28,486 bases of DNA, from IMG/VR virus record IMGVR_UViG_3300025018_000456, positions 1-28,486 of that record. The stretch is one strand, 5' to 3'. Shown piece after piece: positions 23,250 through 28,486 of this stretch. Within the stretch, counting starts at the first letter, position 1. Every line of letters begins with the position of its first letter. The position numbers and the translations under genes are program-made. The stretch is from a virus (lineage: Duplodnaviria; Caudoviricetes). The notes under the pieces are model-generated. The model saw only the letters and a program-made list of their open reading frames with translations, was not told the origin of the DNA and did not search any database.

Positions 23250-24605
23250 TCAGATGGCGACCTTGATGCCCACCGCAACGGCGCGGTCGGTCGTGGTTCC
23301 CTGCGTGATCCAGGGCTTGAAGTCACCGCGCCAGCTCCCCACGACCCGGTACTGAAGCGATTCGGGATCGTAGACCGTGACGATGCTGGCTGCCCGCTGC
23401 GTCGCCAACACGAACGCCCGACGGTTCGCCATGACAGCGACCGACACCGTGCCGGCCTGCGTCTCGTAGCCGGTCGTGTGGTTGGTGTCGGAAACGTAGG
23501 CCGAGACGACGATGGGGATGCCCATCACCGCGCCAACCTCGCCGGTCAGGTTCAGCGCCCTGGGGCCGATCTTGTCGATGCTGCTGTAGTTCGGCCAGAG
23601 CGAGGTCGCCTTGGTGGCGTTGACCAGCAGCTTGGTGTAGGCCGCGTTGCTGATGATGAGCACCAGGTCCTCAGCGTTGCCGTACCCGGCCGACAGCTTG
23701 GACCGAATCATCGCCACGTCAACCTCTTCCCACGCCGCGGTCCCGATGGAGGTCTCGGCGGTATCGAAGGTCGTGGCGGTCGCGACGCTGGCCAGCTTGC
23801 GAAGGCCGTCCCACGCTCGCCGGCAGTCGTTGGCCGTGGTTACCACGGACGAGTCCTGATGCGTGGCCGTGGTGTCGCCGTTGAGGATCGCCGTCTCCTG
23901 CCCGTTGACGAGCGACTTGGCGATGGCCCGGCGAACGTAGTCCTCCGCGGCGATGATGCTGTCCTCGTCGAACTCCAGGCTGAACGGCACCCGGATGCCC
24001 ATCGTCTTGCCGGTGAAGGTGACGTTTCTCGTCGACGGGGTGCGGGTCGGGATGAGCGCCGCGGTGTCGTTGACGTTCTCGCTCATCAGGTACGGCAGGC
24101 CAAGGTTGCCCTCAACCGGCCAGAGCCACGGCGACCGCGGGATCGTCACCTGGTCGAACAGGGTCGGCACCCGGCGAAGCAGCGCGATTTCCGCGCGGAG
24201 CTGGTCGGAGTAACCGGTCGGCACGTACTCCGCGCCGGTGGCCGTGCCGCTGGTGCTGAGCGCCTTGGCGGCCTTCTGAAGTTCCTGCCAGCCCTTGCAC
24301 TCCCGCGGATCCTTGCGGAGCAGCGCCGAGACCATGTACACACGGTCGGCGGCCTTCTGGAACCGCAGCTCGGCTTCGTCGCGGGGAACCCGACCATGAA
24401 TGTCGTCGTAGTCGACGACTTCCGGCTCGAACTCCAGCGGCTTGCCGGCCTTGTTGACGGCGGCGAGGTCCAACGGGCCGACGGGCGGCTCTCTGTCCGC
24501 CTGCTGCTTGGCGACCGCCGCGGCGACCGCCGCTTCGATCTTGTCGTTCATGCCCTCGGTCACGCCCTTGATCTGGGCGAGGATCTGGGCAAGTTCATCA
24601 GCCAT
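23250..24605 (-). CDS. Major capsid protein, HK97 fold with N-terminal delta/scaffold domain
   Basis: ATG at 24605 after GGAGG; G..YVP.......I, S.E..EDS, E.AILNGD, G.PIVVS motifs. Confidence 0.93.
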   Translation of the reverse strand: MADELAQILAQIKGVTEGMNDKIEAAVAAAVAKQQADREPPVGPLDLAAVNKAGKPLEFEPEVVDYDDIHGRVPRDEAELRFQKAADRVYMVSALLRKDPRECKGWQELQKAAKALSTSGTATGAEYVPTGYSDQLRAEIALLRRVPTLFDQVTIPRSPWLWPVEGNLGLPYLMSENVNDTAALIPTRTPSTRNVTFTGKTMGIRVPFSLEFDEDSIIAAEDYVRRAIAKSLVNGQETAILNGDTTATHQDSSVVTTANDCRRAWDGLRKLASVATATTFDTAETSIGTAAWEEVDVAMIRSKLSAGYGNAEDLVLIISNAAYTKLLVNATKATSLWPNYSSIDKIGPRALNLTGEVGAVMGIPIVVSAYVSDTNHTTGYETQAGTVSVAVMANRRAFVLATQRAASIVTVYDPESLQYRVVGSWRGDFKPWITQGTTTDRAVAVGIKVAI

Positions 24606-25452
24606 GATGTCTGCCTCCGATGTAACGCTGACGCTCGGTCTTGAGCGCCGATGCAACGCGGCTCGGCACGGAGTCGGCGAGGGATCGCAACTCCGCAACG
24701 GCCTCGGTCAGCACCGCCCAATCAGGCTGCTCGGATGGGTCTCCGGGCGCCGGATGGGTCTCCGGGATCGGTGGCGGCGAAAGTTGTTCGATGAGGGCCT
24801 TGGCCTTGGCTACCTCGCAGGGGGGAACAGGGCAGCCAAGGCCAAGCTTGCGATAGTGGGCGGTGATGTTGACCAGCGCCTGCGCCGCGCCGGTCAATCT
24901 CCGGATGTCACAGGCAATGCGGGCCGACTCGATCGCGTCCTTGTCATCGGGAAAGAAGTGCTTCAGCAGTACGCCGGCGAAGTCGGACCCCGCATCGGCG
25001 GCCTTGACCAGCGCGTCCGCGTTGGACGGGATGGTGACGCCGCTGTATTCCTGAATGTCCCATGCGTAGATGGTCGGCCCGCGCTGGCCGTCCATGACCG
25101 GTTCCTGCGTGGCGTCGGTGACCTTGAAGCCGACCGAGAATGCCTTGAGGAACCCGCCCCGGTAGAGCTGCCACATTTCGTCACCGAGTGCGGTCGGCGC
25201 GAACTCCGTAGTAGCCTCGACCCCCTCGCCCGGAATAGCGCGGATGTCCACCGCCTTGCCGATGGGCGGCGTCTTGCGGTCGTGCATCCAGAGCACCACG
25301 GGGTTGCGAAGGAAGTCGGCGAAGGTCGCGCCATCGGCTTTTAGAACCTCAGAGTCCCGGTCGACCGTCTCGCGACTAACCCACGCATCAACAGCGCGGT
25401 GACCTTCATCGATGCTCTTTACGGCGTCCGGCAGGCTGGCGAACTTCATCAT
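24598..25452 (-). CDS. HK97-family prohead protease
   Basis: VDRD.EV, NPVVLW.HD...PIGK, LKAFSVGF, EYS.V.IPSN.DA. Confidence 0.93.
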   Translation of the reverse strand: MMKFASLPDAVKSIDEGHRAVDAWVSRETVDRDSEVLKADGATFADFLRNPVVLWMHDRKTPPIGKAVDIRAIPGEGVEATTEFAPTALGDEMWQLYRGGFLKAFSVGFKVTDATQEPVMDGQRGPTIYAWDIQEYSGVTIPSNADALVKAADAGSDFAGVLLKHFFPDDKDAIESARIACDIRRLTGAAQALVNITAHYRKLGLGCPVPPCEVAKAKALIEQLSPPPIPETHPAPGDPSEQPDWAVLTEAVAELRSLADSVPSRVASALKTERQRYIGGRHHG

Positions 25453-27545
25453 GTCGTTTCCTCCGGCGGGCCGGCGGCCGGTTCGGTGTAGCACTTGCAG
25501 CGGACCGACTCACCCGCGGGCAGGCTGTCGGCCGCGGGGTAAAGGGCGGGGTAACCGTGAACGCTAAAGGGCTCGCCTACGCGAACCGTCTGGCCGTCGA
25601 TGTCGGCGTGGCGGGTGTACGGCCCGGCGACGTTGCGCCAGGTCTGCCATTCAACTCCGGCTTCCAGCATCGCCATCATGCTGCCGTGGTTGTACGCCCT
25701 GGCGAGTTCGGTTTGAGCGATGTTCTCCACCCGATCATCGTAGGCCGCAACCTGCAGCGGCTCGTCGGACCGGCCGAAGGCATCAAGGATCGCCTGCCGT
25801 ACGCCCGTCAACCCGCGCCCGTCGCGAATGGCCTCGGCGATGCCCCGGTTGAGCAACTCGCGGGTGCCTTCGTTGATCCACTGCACGCGCTGAGCCGCGG
25901 TCGCATCGGCGAACTGTTCCACCACCGGCCCCGCCCAGTTCGGCCGCACCTGCAGGGCGTGCAGGTTGACGGTGGATTCGGCGCCGCCCTCCGCGCCGAG
26001 GGCGATGATCACGCGCATCGTGGGCGCCATCTTGGACGCGACAGCATCCTGCCACGGAAGGGCATCGAGCGGGGTGTCTCCGGGCGGGTCGGCGGCCTTG
26101 ACGTAGAAGGCATCCCACGCGGCGAGGATCCCGTCCGCCTGCTCCTGTAGCATCTGGCCGACCAACCGCCGCACCGCCGGGGCGAGGCTGTCGCGGGCCG
26201 CGGCGACCTGCGCCGGGCGGATCGCCTTGGTGGCCGACTTCGGAGTCGGCGTCTCGGCCTCCGGCCCGCCGACAACCGGCGACACCGGCGACACAACCTT
26301 CGGTGGCTGCAGCACGGTCGGCACGAGATTCGAGACGGCCTCTTCGGGGATTTCGTCTCCGTAGATCCGACGTAGCGCCCATAGCCGGTCAATGCCGGAT
26401 CGCACCATGACGCCGAGGGTGTCGGCCTGTTCCTTGGCGTTGGCCTGCAGCGCCTGGACTTCGGAGGTGTCAGCCTCAATGACCAGATCCTCGCCGAACT
26501 GCCATGAGAGGTGAGCAGTCAAAGCCGCCGCCACGGCATTGACTCGTGGCATAACGGCCAGTTCCCATAGCGCCCGGTATCCGGTCTCAAAATTGCTGTA
26601 GGTAGCGTGTTCCAGGTCACCGAGGAACAGTGGCGGGATGCGGTACGCCTTCGCCACATCTCGCGTGGTCAGCTTATCCAGCTCTAGAAACTCGGCGTCA
26701 CGCGGGCTGAGGGACAGCTTCTCAACCTCGACGTTCTCGGGCGCGAACAGGACGGAATGCCGCTTGCCCCCACCCTGGTGCCTACCGGCAAGTTCGGCGC
26801 GGAGGATCCGTTTTTGCTCCTCCGTGATGCCCGGCGCGGAGATCAGCACGTCAGCGATCAGCCCATTAGCGAACAGGTCGCGGTTCGTGGACTTGGCTTG
26901 CCATTCGGCGTCCAGTCCCATGCGGAGACTCGACAGCGGCGACAGGCCGCGTAGCGGTTCAATCGGGTTCCAGAGCAGTAACGGTACGATGTCCGCCGGG
27001 TCGATTGGCAGACGTTGACTCTCGCTCGCGGTGCCTGGCGGCTGATACAGGTAGAACTGGATCACCCTCCGGTCGGGCGCCGCGACGGGGAACAGACGGT
27101 GACCCGACATCGGCCAGATCTGCGACGGTGCGCCGGCCGCGAGCGGGTTGTCCCGAGATATGCTGAGGTAGCATTCGCCGGTCAGCAGCAGCCACGAATA
27201 GAGCGAATGCTTCCAGTCCAGGCCGAGGTAGCTGTTGCCACGCGCCAACAGGATCGCGAGGTCGTGTTCCGGGTCTTCCTTGCCGTTGACCAGCACGCGA
27301 AACGGGATGGTCTTGGCGCAGTCGGCCAGCAGCCCCACGGCGGCCATGACATCATCCGAGCTGGCGTAGCGTTCCACGTCCGAGGTCACACGCTCGGACG
27401 GTCGGACGCCGCGATCGTCGGGCCAACGCCACGCGCCCCATCCAGCCATGGTGTCGGACCCGCTGATTTGATTGGCGTCTCGACTTCGGCGGTAGGCACC
27501 AACGGCCCCACCGACCTTGGAAGCCATGGCGGCGAGCAGTCCCAT
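25449..27545 (-). CDS. Portal protein fused to a C-terminal Mu gpF/SPP1 gp7-like head morphogenesis domain
   Basis: Portal motifs LLLTGECY, GLSPL, D.EFLE, A.AYRIPP..LG, ATYSN; C-term R...IA.TE..RA.N, W......RH...DG, YP.......E.V.C.C; start at TGATG 27545. Confidence 0.92.
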   Translation of the reverse strand: MGLLAAMASKVGGAVGAYRRSRDANQISGSDTMAGWGAWRWPDDRGVRPSERVTSDVERYASSDDVMAAVGLLADCAKTIPFRVLVNGKEDPEHDLAILLARGNSYLGLDWKHSLYSWLLLTGECYLSISRDNPLAAGAPSQIWPMSGHRLFPVAAPDRRVIQFYLYQPPGTASESQRLPIDPADIVPLLLWNPIEPLRGLSPLSSLRMGLDAEWQAKSTNRDLFANGLIADVLISAPGITEEQKRILRAELAGRHQGGGKRHSVLFAPENVEVEKLSLSPRDAEFLELDKLTTRDVAKAYRIPPLFLGDLEHATYSNFETGYRALWELAVMPRVNAVAAALTAHLSWQFGEDLVIEADTSEVQALQANAKEQADTLGVMVRSGIDRLWALRRIYGDEIPEEAVSNLVPTVLQPPKVVSPVSPVVGGPEAETPTPKSATKAIRPAQVAAARDSLAPAVRRLVGQMLQEQADGILAAWDAFYVKAADPPGDTPLDALPWQDAVASKMAPTMRVIIALGAEGGAESTVNLHALQVRPNWAGPVVEQFADATAAQRVQWINEGTRELLNRGIAEAIRDGRGLTGVRQAILDAFGRSDEPLQVAAYDDRVENIAQTELARAYNHGSMMAMLEAGVEWQTWRNVAGPYTRHADIDGQTVRVGEPFSVHGYPALYPAADSLPAGESVRCKCYTEPAAGPPEETT

Positions 27546-28486
27546 CACCACACCTCCCAGGTCTGCGACGCCATGGTCCGAGCCCGCCACGCCAGGGCGA
27601 GGGACATCACGGTGTCGTCATGGCAGCCCTTGCCGCCGGCATACGACGGGCGGCCGTTGGTGGACATCGTAACGGTGAACGCTTGCAGCTCATGCCGGAG
27701 GTTGGCGTCCGCCGGGATGCCGATCTCGCCGCGCTCGAATGCCAGCGACAGGTCTTCGATCAACGGCGGCTTGGACTGCGCCGTGGTCATGAACCCGCGG
27801 ACCGGCAAACCATCGCGAACCAACTGTTCGAGCAGCGGTTCGCCGATGCTGTTCTGTTCGACCAACACCACCTGCGGCTGCCATCGGTCCGAAAGGGCTT
27901 TGAGCCGCTGCGTCTGCAGAGCGTAATCGATTTGGTTGAAGCGGTCGATTTCGACCACCTCGCCAGATTCGCAATCCACCACGGTGAGCGCGGTGAAGTC
28001 GTCACGCTTGGCCCAGTCGACGCCGATCGCGAACCGGCCATCGTAGGGTTCGGCTGGCAGGTGGCCGCGGGTCGCCTCGTCAATCCGGCGGATCACCGCC
28101 CCGCCGTCGGCGATGATCGCGGCGAGATATTCCTGCTGGAACACCGCCTCCGGCAGACTCGCCCGCGCCGCTTCGATGTCGGCCGCGGGCAGGTGCGGGT
28201 TGTCAGCCGACAAGTAGCGCCACGACCGCCACTCGGGATCACCGCCAAGCCCGCGCGAGTAAAGCCGCGTGAAGTACCCGTGGCCGCGCGGGGTGCCGAC
28301 GAACAGCGCCCGGCCGCCGTGCCTGGTCAGCGCCGGCCGCAGCGCCTTCTCCCAAATCGCCTGCAGGTCGCCGATGCTTCCGGCTTCGTCGACAACCACC
28401 AGCCTGCGTTGCCCGCCACGCAGGCTGCCCTCGCCGACATGGGCCGACTTGAAGCTGATGCTCGCGCCGTTGTCGAGGTCCAGACG
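27545..28486 (-). CDS. terL: Terminase large subunit (C-terminal part; start lies outside the window)
   Basis: Frame open to the window edge; LRG...LVVVDEA (Walker B), GTPRG, F.QEY.A, GVDWA...D.T, HDD.VMSLALA. Confidence 0.95.
   Translation of the reverse strand, partial: RLDLDNGASISFKSAHVGEGSLRGGQRRLVVVDEAGSIGDLQAIWEKALRPALTRHGGRALFVGTPRGHGYFTRLYSRGLGGDPEWRSWRYLSADNPHLPAADIEAARASLPEAVFQQEYLAAIIADGGAVIRRIDEATRGHLPAEPYDGRFAIGVDWAKRDDFTALTVVDCESGEVVEIDRFNQIDYALQTQRLKALSDRWQPQVVLVEQNSIGEPLLEQLVRDGLPVRGFMTTAQSKPPLIEDLSLAFERGEIGIPADANLRHELQAFTVTMSTNGRPSYAGGKGCHDDTVMSLALAWRARTMASQTWEVW

Larger units (their letters stand above)
1..28486. mobile_element. Tailed phage/prophage genome segment (siphovirus-like, HK97-type head)
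   Basis: Colinear terminase-portal-protease-capsid-neck-tail-tape measure-fibre-endolysin genes, many coupled by TGATG/GTGA/ATGA overlaps, followed by early genes; no host housekeeping genes seen. Confidence 0.96.

Overview
The whole window reads as part of a high-GC tailed phage or prophage genome, probably siphovirus-like with HK97-type head genes. Almost all genes are on the minus strand. From the right end the order is: terminase large subunit (partial), portal fused to a Mu gpF/SPP1 gp7-like domain, prohead protease, major capsid, two small head-associated ORFs, a GT-A glycosyltransferase and a class I SAM methyltransferase embedded in the head-neck block, adaptor, neck and tail-completion genes, tail tube, tail chaperone with a probable frameshift extension, tape measure, tail-tip genes, tail fibre, and an amidase endolysin with an SLH-like tail. 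A divergent promoter pair with two palindromic operators (about 6.04-6.19 kb) drives a 3-gene rightward operon and a leftward early operon. The leftward operon holds a RecT-like annealase, small Cys-rich proteins, a 470-nt hairpin-dense gap, a ParB-MT-A70 methyltransferase with a PD-(D/E)XK nuclease, and a Dam-like methyltransferase. No integrase, canonical CI repressor or clear holin is visible. The most unusual element is an insertion in the tail operon (11.24-12.99 kb) carrying two tandem homologous modules. Each module is a 3-TM membrane protein gene plus a convergent, apparently leaderless Pro-rich peptide gene (48 and 59 aa, absent from the ORF track) with a shared PPLGD motif and identical promoter geometry. 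All product calls come from motif recognition and gene order; no database searches were run.
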